Positions 17,533-25,673 of a stretch of 25,673 bases of DNA are shown here, piece after piece (positions within the stretch are counted from its first letter, which is position 1; every line of letters begins with the position of its first letter). Source of the DNA: Candidatus Hydrogenedentota bacterium. GTDB lineage: Bacteria; Hydrogenedentota; Hydrogenedentia; Hydrogenedentales; JAEUWI01. The notes under the pieces are model-generated. The model was not told where the DNA came from. It did no database searches and saw only the letters and a list, made by a program, of their open reading frames with translations. The stretch is taken from positions 1-25,673 of the forward strand of contig JAXMOL010000075.1 in assembly GCA_034669905.1 (NCBI GenBank), in the 5' to 3' direction. The position numbers and the translations under genes were made by a program.

Positions 17533-19368
17533 TCAATCGATGAACTTCGGACGACCGGGTGCCTGGAAAGAAAGCAGGGTTATCAGGGTGAGTCCCAAGA
17601 GCAGCAGGTTACCGAGCTGTTTCGAAAGAATACTCTTGCCCTGACCAACGCATCCCAGCGCGCTGGCGGAACCGGAGGCTGCGGCGAGTTCCGCGCTGCT
17701 CAGGGCACCATCGGAGTTGCTGTCCAGCGCATCAAACTCGGCGTTGGTGAACAGGCTGAACGCAAGGGAAGCTTCCGTGAAACTGAGGCTCCCATCGTTG
17801 TCGGTATCTAACGAAGCAAAGGCGTTGGCCAACACCGTGGCCTGGGCCGCACTATCCGGCATGCCGCCTGCCGCAAGCAGGGGACCATCGCCAAAGCTGG
17901 CACCTACGGGGACACACCAGATACTCAGATAGCGGATCGTGTCGAGATCGACGCCGTCGGGTATCGTAAAGTTTACCGTGGCATTGGAATAACCGATGTC
18001 TTCCCGCAGGTCGATACGGGAAAGATCTACGCCATTACTCAACGTCGCATCGGTGAATCCGTAGAGACGCACATCGATGCCCTCTCCGTCGTAGGTGAAG
18101 TGCTGGAGTTGAATGGTGCAATTGTCGAGGATACGGGCCGTGCCGGCGACCTCGTGGGCGCGGGTCGTAAAAACCGCTTCTTCTCCGACGCGCGCGTTAT
18201 CCGTTCCACATCCCTCGCCTTCACCTTCACCCTCGCCTTCGCCTTCGCCCTCACCTTCGCCCTCACCTTCGCCTTCACCTTCACCTTCACCTTCACCTTC
18301 ACCTTCGGCGGGGGCCATGAGGGCGGCCTCACCAAAATTCGCCTCGGCCGGTACGCACCAGATGCTCAGCACCCGTATGTCATCGAGGGAGACACCGTCT
18401 GGGACGGTGACGGTAAGGGTTTCGTTCACATAGGGCGTGTCCCGGAGGAGGTCTTCGGAGAGGTTGATACCGTTGCTCAGGGTTTCGTCGGAAAAGCCGT
18501 AGACGTGGACATCAATTCCGGTACCATCGTAGTTGAAATTGTCGATGCGCAAGGTGCAGTTGTTCACCACCGTAACGGTGCCGGATACGTCATGGAATCG
18601 GGTCGTGAATTCGCCGGTCTCGCCCACATGGGGGTCGTCATTTCCACATTCGGGTGCGGGGATGTTCAGGGCGAGCTGGATTCGCGCGGCGTTGTTGGTC
18701 TCATTTGATTCAAGAATATGGTCAGCCGGGTCTACCTGTATTTCGAGCCAGTAGGTGCCCGATTCGAGGTCGGTGACGTCAATCCACTGCAATTCCAGCG
18801 AGGAAAAATAGATGTCGGTCCAGCCGATGGAGATGCCATGGTTGCCGCCGCTGGCCTGAAATCCGAAGGTTGGTGCGCCAGGCAGGTTTCGGTCATAGGC
18901 CGCAGAACTCGTGATACGCACCGCGGGCTTGGCCCCCGTAGCCAGCACGTCACCCACGCCGTCATTGGGAAGAATCTCCCGGATGTTGTAGGCCACCCAG
19001 CCCGTGGCCTCCATCATGCCGATGGCAGGGTTGTAGAGAAAGTCGCCCGCATCCCGCAAGTAGGAGGTGTTTCCTTCTTGCTGGACCCGTTGATTAACGG
19101 TCTGCCGCCCTTCGCCGGCGTCTTCACCCGTTGCTTCCAACAGAAAATCCCCCGCACCGATATTCGGGAGAGAGGAGTTGAAGCGGAGCAGTACCCGTCC
19201 GGGTATGTGGTCTACATCCAAACGGTTCGTTTCAAGTGCCGTGGGGTCTACGATCAGATCGGGAAGCAAGTCCTGCGCGTGGGTTCGGCCCGCACCGGCG
19301 AGCAGCAATGGCACGAAGGCCGAGACGAGCCAGCGGGAGAGTGGGGTGGAGGAGATACACGTAGACAT
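17533..19368 (-). CDS. Multidomain surface protein: lysyl-oxidase-like domain, DM13, (EG)16, DM13, EF-hand pair, C-terminal Cys/TM tail
   Basis: Signal ending THA. LOX-like LPDL...LRF...NIG.G...GIS.GW.DIY...L..QWIDVT....G.Y.L...VDP...I.ESNE.NN. Two copies of H.V.G......L....F.YDG.G.D...LSIWC....FG. EF-hand loops DTDNDGSLSFTE and DSNSDGALSSAE. Confidence 0.85.
   Translation of the reverse strand: MSTCISSTPLSRWLVSAFVPLLLAGAGRTHAQDLLPDLIVDPTALETNRLDVDHIPGRVLLRFNSSLPNIGAGDFLLEATGEDAGEGRQTVNQRVQQEGNTSYLRDAGDFLYNPAIGMMEATGWVAYNIREILPNDGVGDVLATGAKPAVRITSSAAYDRNLPGAPTFGFQASGGNHGISIGWTDIYFSSLELQWIDVTDLESGTYWLEIQVDPADHILESNETNNAARIQLALNIPAPECGNDDPHVGETGEFTTRFHDVSGTVTVVNNCTLRIDNFNYDGTGIDVHVYGFSDETLSNGINLSEDLLRDTPYVNETLTVTVPDGVSLDDIRVLSIWCVPAEANFGEAALMAPAEGEGEGEGEGEGEGEGEGEGEGEGEGEGEGEGCGTDNARVGEEAVFTTRAHEVAGTARILDNCTIQLQHFTYDGEGIDVRLYGFTDATLSNGVDLSRIDLREDIGYSNATVNFTIPDGVDLDTIRYLSIWCVPVGASFGDGPLLAAGGMPDSAAQATVLANAFASLDTDNDGSLSFTEASLAFSLFTNAEFDALDSNSDGALSSAELAAASGSASALGCVGQGKSILSKQLGNLLLLGLTLITLLSFQAPGRPKFID
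18211..18306 (-). repeat. Coding hexanucleotide repeat encoding (Glu-Gly)16
   Basis: 16 units of GAR-GGN with synonymous variation. Confidence 0.95.
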
Positions 19369-19410
19369 GATGATAGACCTCGTTGAGCGCGGGTTTCTGT
19401 GTTCTCATTA

Positions 19411-19439
19411 ACTATAGCAGGGAATCCGAGGATGGACAA
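19411..19439 (-). promoter_or_regulatory. Putative sigma70 promoter for the LOX-DM13 gene
   Basis: Minus strand TTGTCC-N17-TATAGT with an extended TG. Confidence 0.5.
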
Positions 19440-19454
19440 TTCAACCCCTGAGGA

Positions 19455-20354
19455 CTATTCAATAACCTGCAGGCCTTCGTGCATGTTGTAGTGTTTCTCG
19501 ATGGAGAGCTTCTCCATCCATGCCCGCACCTCCAGGGTCTTCCACGGGCCGGAGCCCTTCCCGCCACCGTTGTCCACATCCCAGAGCCAAAGCGGCGTGG
19601 GCCAGAGGCAAAAACGGGGCGCTACATGTTGATAGAAGGCTTCATTGACACCCGTTTGTCCGTGGTGGGCCATTTGTATGTAGTCCGCCTTGAGCCGTTC
19701 GGCCATGGGACTCTTCAAGAGCTTCTCACCCCCTTCGACACCCAGATCACCGGTAAACAGGACGGATTTCTTGCTGTCAGTAACCTTGAAAACCATACTG
19801 GAATTATTAATGCCGTTGTGGGTGATTTCTGGGTTTTTCACGGCCAGGACTTCAATGGACACGCCGTCGATATCAAAGGTCTGACCGGGATTTACTTCCT
19901 GAATGACCTGTTGCGAGGCCGCGACCGTTGCGACAAATTCGTGGTAGAGCTTGGCTTCCCCCTCGCTGGCGTTCTTGTCGATCCAGTCGGGCGGAAGGAG
20001 GGAGGCATAGAGGGCCTTGATCTCCAGTTCGCCGGGCTTCTTGAGTATTTCTGACAGGGCGCTGAAGTGGTCGGTGTGGGGGTGGCTGATAAACCACGCT
20101 TCCACGACGTTGCCCCGCTCTTTCAAGAAGTTGGCCAGGTAGGGGGCGTCGCCCGGCATGCCGCCGTCCACGACGATGAGCTTGCCTTGGGCGGTTTGCA
20201 TCACGTAGGACATGATCTGCGTGCCCGTTTGGTTGGGCAATTGCCAGAGCGTGAAATGACTGTCTTTAGACGGGGATACATCCGCGGCGGCAGCCCATAC
20301 CGGTGCAATCAACGTGGAGACCAGAAAAAACAGGCAATAGACTAAGGGTTTCAT
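19455..20354 (-). CDS. Exported MBL-fold metallo-hydrolase (ComEC/Rec2 C-terminal-like)
   Basis: Signal peptide. Motifs VVDGG, SHPHTDH, NNSS, LFTGD and MAHHG. Confidence 0.88.
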   Translation of the reverse strand: MKPLVYCLFFLVSTLIAPVWAAAADVSPSKDSHFTLWQLPNQTGTQIMSYVMQTAQGKLIVVDGGMPGDAPYLANFLKERGNVVEAWFISHPHTDHFSALSEILKKPGELEIKALYASLLPPDWIDKNASEGEAKLYHEFVATVAASQQVIQEVNPGQTFDIDGVSIEVLAVKNPEITHNGINNSSMVFKVTDSKKSVLFTGDLGVEGGEKLLKSPMAERLKADYIQMAHHGQTGVNEAFYQHVAPRFCLWPTPLWLWDVDNGGGKGSGPWKTLEVRAWMEKLSIEKHYNMHEGLQVIE

Positions 20355-20454
20355 AGAGAATCTTTCATGGGAGTGACGCTTCAGACAAGGGTATCCGAGG
20401 GGAATTCAGGTTTCTCACAAGGCGCTTCTGAGCGAACGCTATAGTGTTTACGAT

Positions 20455-20488
20455 AACATGAAAGCCGCCTACATCGTGTGTAGACGGC
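20455..20488 (-). terminator. Putative intrinsic terminator of the right-hand operon
   Basis: Minus strand GCCGTCTACA-CACGA-TGTAGGCGGC followed by TTTCATGTT. The stem pairs fully (one G-U) only on the minus strand and lies 27 nt after the SDR stop. Confidence 0.5.
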
Positions 20489-20514
20489 CTATCGAAAGGG
20501 ATTTCCGACACCTT

Positions 20515-21288
20515 CTAGGCGATGGTGTGCGCCCCATTCACGTGAATGTTTTGCCCCGACACGTAGCTGGCTTCCTCACTGGCAAGGAAGACGGCCGTGT
20601 CGGCCACCTCTTTGGGAACGCCCCAGCGGCCTGCGGGCACGCCCGCGAGGTACTCGTCTTTCATTTCCTGGGGGTCTTTCTCATGGCGTTCCACAGGTAT
20701 CCACCCGGGAGAAATCATGTTCACCGTAACGCCATGGAAGGCTACTTCACCGGCCAGGCTGCGGTTAAAGCCATTCTGCCCGCCCTTGGCCGCGCAATAG
20801 GCGGTGAAATTGGGAACGCCGCGGGTGAATACTTCCGAGCCGATGTTGATGATTCGGCCCCATTTTTGCTCCTTCATATGGGGCAGTACGGCACGGCAGA
20901 GGAGAAAGGGGCTCTTCACAAAGAAGTCGAGCATGGACTGATAGAACTCCCAGTCGTAGTCTTCGATGGACTTCTGGGGTTGGTCGGGCGTCGCGTTGAT
21001 GACCAGGATGTCGACGGGACCCAGCTTTTCCGCTATCTCGGCATTCATCCGTTGTACGTCTTCTTCTACGATTGCGCTACCGCGAAGCATGATGCCTTCG
21101 TGCCCCGCATCCTGGAACTCCTTGAAGGTCTGATTGGCCCGGTCCTCGTTGTTGTTGTAGTTCAAGGCTACTTTGGCGCCCGCGGCACCCATCTGCATGG
21201 CCATGACTTTGCCAAGGCCGGTGCTGCTGCCTGTAATCCAGGCGACTTTGCCTTCCAGAGAAAAGGCGGCGCGATCATTCGTGGTCAT
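20515..21288 (-). CDS. Classical SDR family oxidoreductase (FabG-like)
   Basis: TGSSTGLG, GRIINIGS, YCAAK, VNMISPGW, G..I.VNG, and a GGAG RBS. Confidence 0.93.
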   Translation of the reverse strand: MTTNDRAAFSLEGKVAWITGSSTGLGKVMAMQMGAAGAKVALNYNNNEDRANQTFKEFQDAGHEGIMLRGSAIVEEDVQRMNAEIAEKLGPVDILVINATPDQPQKSIEDYDWEFYQSMLDFFVKSPFLLCRAVLPHMKEQKWGRIINIGSEVFTRGVPNFTAYCAAKGGQNGFNRSLAGEVAFHGVTVNMISPGWIPVERHEKDPQEMKDEYLAGVPAGRWGVPKEVADTAVFLASEEASYVSGQNIHVNGAHTIA

Positions 21289-21334
21289 TTAGTCTCTCCG
21301 TTGTACTGATTCAAGTCAACTATCAAACGCCGAG

Positions 21335-22777
21335 TCAGGCGAGAATGTCGTGAACGATATGACCGTGTACATCCGTCAGGCGCATATCGCGGCCACTGTA
21401 ACGGTAGCTCAGTTTGGTGTGGTCAAAGCCCAGGAGATGCAACATGGTGGCGTGGAGATCATGGATCTCGACCCGGTTTTCAATGGCCTTGTAGCCATAT
21501 TCATCGGTTGCACCATAGATGACACCGGGTTTCACGCCGCCACCGGCCATCCAGATGGTGAATCCAAAGGGATTGTGATCCCGGCCTACGGTGCCCTGTG
21601 CAAAGGGGGTACGTCCAAATTCACCGGCCCAGATAACGAGGGTTTCGTCGAGTAATCCCCGCGATTTGAGATCCTTTAAGAGTCCCGCGATGGGTTGGTC
21701 GACGGCCTTGGCGTTCAACTCATGGTTGCTCACGAGGTCGCCGTGGGCATCCCAGCGGTCCTGCCCATCGATGGGGGGACAGGTCAATTCCACAAAGCGG
21801 ACGCCCCGCTCAACCAGGCGTCGTGCGAGAAGGCACTGCATGCCATAGGCGCGGGTATGTTCATACTCCGCTTCCATCCCATAGAGTTTCTTCGTGGCAT
21901 CAGATTCGCCTTTGATGTCGACCAACTCCGGTACGGCGGTCTGCATACGATAGGCGAGCTCATAGTTCGAGATGGCGGCTTCGAGGGCGTCGTGCTGGCC
22001 CCGGTGGATCATGGCGTCCGCATCCAGGCGACTGAGCAAATCCAACTGGGACTGCTGGGCACCGGGGATAGACTCGGCAGGTGCGATATTGGCCAGCGGG
22101 TATTCCTGCGCTTTCAGCAGCGACGCCTGGTAGGCCGCGGGCAAGAAGCCATTGCCAAAATTTTCGACACCGCCGGAGGGGATAAGGCCACCATTGAGCA
22201 CAACGAATCCGGGCAAGTTCTGGTTCTCACTGCCCAGCCCATACTGGGTCCAGGAGCCCATGGAAGGTCGTCCCGCGAGGCCATGGCCGGTGTGCAGAAA
22301 ATAATTGGCCTGGTTGTGTTCTGAAAAGTTGGACACCATGGAGCGAACTATGGCCAGGTCATCGACACACTCGCCCACATAGGGGAAGAGTTCGGAAACG
22401 GGCGCGCCACTTTGTCCATACTGTTTAAAGGCCCAGGGACTTCCGAGTGTCGACCCGTTGTTGTCGAACTGGGTGGGTTCCATGGTCATGGCGAAGGGCT
22501 GACCGTTCTCTTTGGTCAGCCGGGGTTTCGGGTCGAAACTGTCCACCTGGGATACGCCGCCATCCATGTACAGGAAAATGACATTCTTGGCCTTGGCGGT
22601 GTAGTGGGGGGTACCAATACGGGTGCCCTCGGAGGGCGTAGCGCCGTAGGCCTTGTCACCGAGCAAGGCGGTCAGGGCCACCGCACCAAAGCCGTTGGCA
22701 CATTGGCGGAGCATGTCCCGCCGTGAAAGGGGCGTGGGCGTGAAGTTGCCACAACCGCAACCGGAATTCCGTTTCAT
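21335..22777 (-). CDS. DUF1501 family protein
   Basis: Preferred start ATG 22777 (AGGAG RBS). Motifs SRRDML, AKNVIFLYMDGG.SQ.D.FDPKP, GRPSMGSW..YGLGSEN, LARRLVERGVRFVE, GEFGRTP and GRDHNP. Confidence 0.92.
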   Translation of the reverse strand: MKRNSGCGCGNFTPTPLSRRDMLRQCANGFGAVALTALLGDKAYGATPSEGTRIGTPHYTAKAKNVIFLYMDGGVSQVDSFDPKPRLTKENGQPFAMTMEPTQFDNNGSTLGSPWAFKQYGQSGAPVSELFPYVGECVDDLAIVRSMVSNFSEHNQANYFLHTGHGLAGRPSMGSWTQYGLGSENQNLPGFVVLNGGLIPSGGVENFGNGFLPAAYQASLLKAQEYPLANIAPAESIPGAQQSQLDLLSRLDADAMIHRGQHDALEAAISNYELAYRMQTAVPELVDIKGESDATKKLYGMEAEYEHTRAYGMQCLLARRLVERGVRFVELTCPPIDGQDRWDAHGDLVSNHELNAKAVDQPIAGLLKDLKSRGLLDETLVIWAGEFGRTPFAQGTVGRDHNPFGFTIWMAGGGVKPGVIYGATDEYGYKAIENRVEIHDLHATMLHLLGFDHTKLSYRYSGRDMRLTDVHGHIVHDILA

Positions 22778-22837
22778 AACACTATCTCCTGAGACGTCGG
22801 AGGGCTGGGATGTCGGTGATGACATCCAACGGGCACC

Positions 22838-25673
22838 TTATCCGATGTAGATAAATTCTTTCAGCATGAACACTGTGTGACACAAGTCGGCCAGGATGCG
22901 GCGGTCTTTCCACGCGCCGTCTTCGGGCACGCCATAGAGTTGCGCCTGGGCGGCGACGAACTCAGCCAGGGTTGCCTGCTCCACCGGTCGGGGTGCGCGG
23001 GACAGGGCCTGCTCAAACAGCGTATTCACGAGACGCTCAACGTTTTCGGGGTGCTCTTGCAGTACCCGCTCACCCCAGACCTGCGCCTGATCCACAACGA
23101 ATTCATCGTTCATCATGATGAGCGCCTGGGCCGGAAGGTTGGACACCGTTCGGGCCCCAACCGTCGTATCGGGAATGGGCATATCGAAGGCGGTCGCCAT
23201 GGGCAGGAGGTGGTTACGCCGTACTTCCAGATACACCGTGCGGCGACGGTCCCCATCCATTGGTCCCGAAGTGCTGGGACTGCGGCGGTTCCGCTCAAAG
23301 GGGGGAATGAAGGCCGGTACCGGTGGTCCATACATGGTGGCATTCAAGTTGCCTGCCAGGGCCAGGAGGGAATCCCGAATGGCTTCGCCTTCCAGCCGCT
23401 TGACCGACATGCGGTGCAGGTACATATTGGCCGGGTCAAGCCCTTCGGTTTCCGGGGCCGAAGGGACGCTGCTCATCTGGTAGGTCTCGGTCATCATGAG
23501 GGACTTGATGAACTGCTTGGTAGACCAGCCACCCGCAGCAAACTGGGTCGCGAGATAGTCCAGCAATTCGGGATGACTGGGTTCTTGCCCCAAGGCCCCA
23601 AAATTATCCACGGACGGCACGAGTCCCTTCCCGAAGAGATGGTGCCAGATGCGATTGACGTAGACCCGGGTCGTCAAGGGATTCGCCGGGTCCACCATCT
23701 TGTCGGCCAGACTCAGACGGTCGGCGGCCTGACTCGGGCCCTCATCGCTCAGCGCCGTGAGGAAACCCCGCGGGACCCGTCCATCGGGATTGCGATGATC
23801 ACCGCGAATAAAGTACTCCGCATCCTCCGGGGTGCCGGCCATGGCGACAAGGGCACGCAGGGGATGAGGAATCCGTTCCTGAGAGCCACGGAGTGCATTG
23901 CGCAGAGAATCTCGTTCTGCCCGCAATTCATCCGACCACCAGAGCCCGCGCCGGAGCAGTAAGGCGGTGAGTGGATTTTCCTTGAGAGCCGCTACGGTGT
24001 CACGCCGTTCATTCCACGCAGTCCGGAACGCTTCCTCGTAGCGAAGCGCTAAGTCATCCATGAGCATCGTCTTGATGGTGATGTCATCCCGAACCAGGTT
24101 TTCGGCGAGCACCCCGCTTTCTTTTGGGGGGCGGGGATGGTCGCTCATGACGACCTGGTCGACCGCGATGTAGCCGTCCCCTTCATCCATAAACTCAATG
24201 TAGGCCCGCTCTCCCCGGTACTTGCCCACCTGATTGCCCATGGAGAACCACGTGTAGGCCCCCTGGGTGTCGCCGGTATTAATCAGGGTTTTTCCAAAGA
24301 GAATGCCGTTGAAGGGTGTGAGCTGGTACCCATCGATGACCAGTCGGATACGGGCATCGCGGGCCGCCACACGAAAATGCATGTACTCGCTGTCGATGGT
24401 GAAAGTCGGCGAGCGTAACACACCCTGAAGCCGGTCTGAGACCAGACCACTATGGGCGACGCCTGCGGGTGTGGGGGCCAACTCATCACGATGGGCATAC
24501 CAGGAGTCCTTCGTCGTGGGGCCCTGGCCGAAGGCATCGCCCGAGGGGAACCAGGACTCGAAATCGCCGGCGTCGAAGTCGGCATAGACCCGTGGGTTGC
24601 CTTCGGGATCGCCCGATGGGGCTTCACTCGCGGTTACCCCCCGTCCCTTGGCGTGGGCCAGGAATTCGCGGGCAGGCATTTCACGGACGGCTTCCGAAAG
24701 ATTGCGCCAGAGATAGAGGGGGTGCCCGGGAGAGTTGACACCCGGCTCCGACAGCGCGGCGTGCCAACGCGTCAGTCTATCGAGATCCAATCCCAATTCC
24801 TCGGCAACCTTTTCCACGGGACGTCCCACGACTTTTTTCGCCTTGGGGTCCCGTTCCTTCTTGGCTTCAGGAGGGGCTACGCCGTCACCTGGCTTGGGCG
24901 CGTCAAAAAGGACTTTGGCAGCACCTTGCAGGTAGGGAGCTACCGAGAGCGTGTCCATCGGCCGGTCGGCCAGAATGTGGGCACGAATCCTGTCCTCCTG
25001 ATTACGCAGGTTGACCCGGTGTGTAAGGGCCGCGGAATGTATTTTCTGTCCGGGGTCCAGGTAGGCTACCGCCTGGCGGGCACCCAGGAGATGGCCGGCC
25101 ATGGCCGTATAGTCTTTGGCGGAGATGGCGTCAAACTTGTGGTCGTGGCAGCGGGCGCAGGAGACGGTCATACCGAGAAAAGCTTTCGACATGACATCCA
25201 GCTGGTTGTCGATGCGGTCGGCCTGATCTTTCTTTACATCCACGGGCGCGTGGGTGGCCTGGTGCATGAACCAGAATCCGGTCGCGAGGATAGATTCATT
25301 GTAGCCATCTTCGGGGTGCTGACGCGGGTTTTCGAGCAGGTCGCCCGCGATGTGTTCCCGAATAAACTGGTCATAGGGCACATCGTTATTGAGTGCGCGG
25401 ATGACGTAGTCGCGGTAGGTCCAGGCGTGCTGAATGGGGTAATCGCCCTCATGCCCATGGGTGTCGGCGTATCGCACGAGGTCGAACCAATGACGCCCCC
25501 AGCGCTCCCCAAAGGCGGAATCGCTGAGTAGTTCATCGAGAAGTCGTTCATAGGCATCGGGCCGCGTGTCATTTACAAAGGCTTCGACGGCTTCCGGAGT
25601 CGGTGGCAGGCCGGTGAGGGCGAAGTGGGCCCGTCGTGCGAGCGTGCGGCGGTCGGTAGGCGGTGCGGTCTCC
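22838..25673 (-). CDS. DUF1549 (PSCyt2)/DUF1553 (PSD1) planctomycete-type cytochrome c domain protein (5'-partial)
   Basis: The frame stays open to the right edge (ETAPPTDRRTLARRAHFALTGLPPT...GERWGRHWFDLVRYADT). Motifs CARCHDHKFD, NPLTTRVYVNRIWHHLFG, PSHPELLDYLA, RLEGEAIRD and QALIMMN. Confidence 0.92.
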   Translation of the reverse strand, partial: ETAPPTDRRTLARRAHFALTGLPPTPEAVEAFVNDTRPDAYERLLDELLSDSAFGERWGRHWFDLVRYADTHGHEGDYPIQHAWTYRDYVIRALNNDVPYDQFIREHIAGDLLENPRQHPEDGYNESILATGFWFMHQATHAPVDVKKDQADRIDNQLDVMSKAFLGMTVSCARCHDHKFDAISAKDYTAMAGHLLGARQAVAYLDPGQKIHSAALTHRVNLRNQEDRIRAHILADRPMDTLSVAPYLQGAAKVLFDAPKPGDGVAPPEAKKERDPKAKKVVGRPVEKVAEELGLDLDRLTRWHAALSEPGVNSPGHPLYLWRNLSEAVREMPAREFLAHAKGRGVTASEAPSGDPEGNPRVYADFDAGDFESWFPSGDAFGQGPTTKDSWYAHRDELAPTPAGVAHSGLVSDRLQGVLRSPTFTIDSEYMHFRVAARDARIRLVIDGYQLTPFNGILFGKTLINTGDTQGAYTWFSMGNQVGKYRGERAYIEFMDEGDGYIAVDQVVMSDHPRPPKESGVLAENLVRDDITIKTMLMDDLALRYEEAFRTAWNERRDTVAALKENPLTALLLRRGLWWSDELRAERDSLRNALRGSQERIPHPLRALVAMAGTPEDAEYFIRGDHRNPDGRVPRGFLTALSDEGPSQAADRLSLADKMVDPANPLTTRVYVNRIWHHLFGKGLVPSVDNFGALGQEPSHPELLDYLATQFAAGGWSTKQFIKSLMMTETYQMSSVPSAPETEGLDPANMYLHRMSVKRLEGEAIRDSLLALAGNLNATMYGPPVPAFIPPFERNRRSPSTSGPMDGDRRRTVYLEVRRNHLLPMATAFDMPIPDTTVGARTVSNLPAQALIMMNDEFVVDQAQVWGERVLQEHPENVERLVNTLFEQALSRAPRPVEQATLAEFVAAQAQLYGVPEDGAWKDRRILADLCHTVFMLKEFIYIG

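Noticed and set aside
18113..18433. (PS)n, (FT)n and (KV)n repeat ORFs
   Set aside because: They are alternative frames of the (EG)16 repeat.
19455..20354. Beta-lactam resistance gene or competence comEC
   Set aside because: It has only the generic MBL fold, with no ComEC membrane domain and no class B beta-lactamase-specific evidence.

Overview
GC-rich bacterial chromosomal segment with 18 CDS, two of them truncated by the window edges. No rRNA, tRNA, CRISPR array, transposase or integrase was seen. Most genes encode exported catabolic enzymes: a PL10-type pectate lyase, three S1 sulfatases, a beta-propeller glycosidase-like protein, a neutral-ceramidase-like protein, a Tat-exported TolB-like propeller, a CE15-like/alpha-beta hydrolase fusion and an MBL hydrolase. 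A DUF1549/DUF1553 + DUF1501 + SDR operon lies at the right end. The (EG)n linker, EF-hands and GC...KQLGNLLLLGL tail suggest Ca. Hydrogenedentota (inference). Most notable: (1) a surface protein fusing a lysyl-oxidase-like domain that lacks the copper-binding histidines to two DM13 domains, with a Cys+TM C-terminal tail; (2) a 1.1 kb single-gene cassette flanked by a perfect 23-bp direct repeat that duplicates the 3' end of the upstream gene, with no recombinase nearby; (3) a sulfatase with two altered signature motifs (CGTTR, GKWT); (4) a sigma54-type promoter with upstream palindromes in front of an SdrD-B-like surface protein; (5) clusters of short intergenic repeats. All family assignments come from motif recognition by eye, not from database searches.
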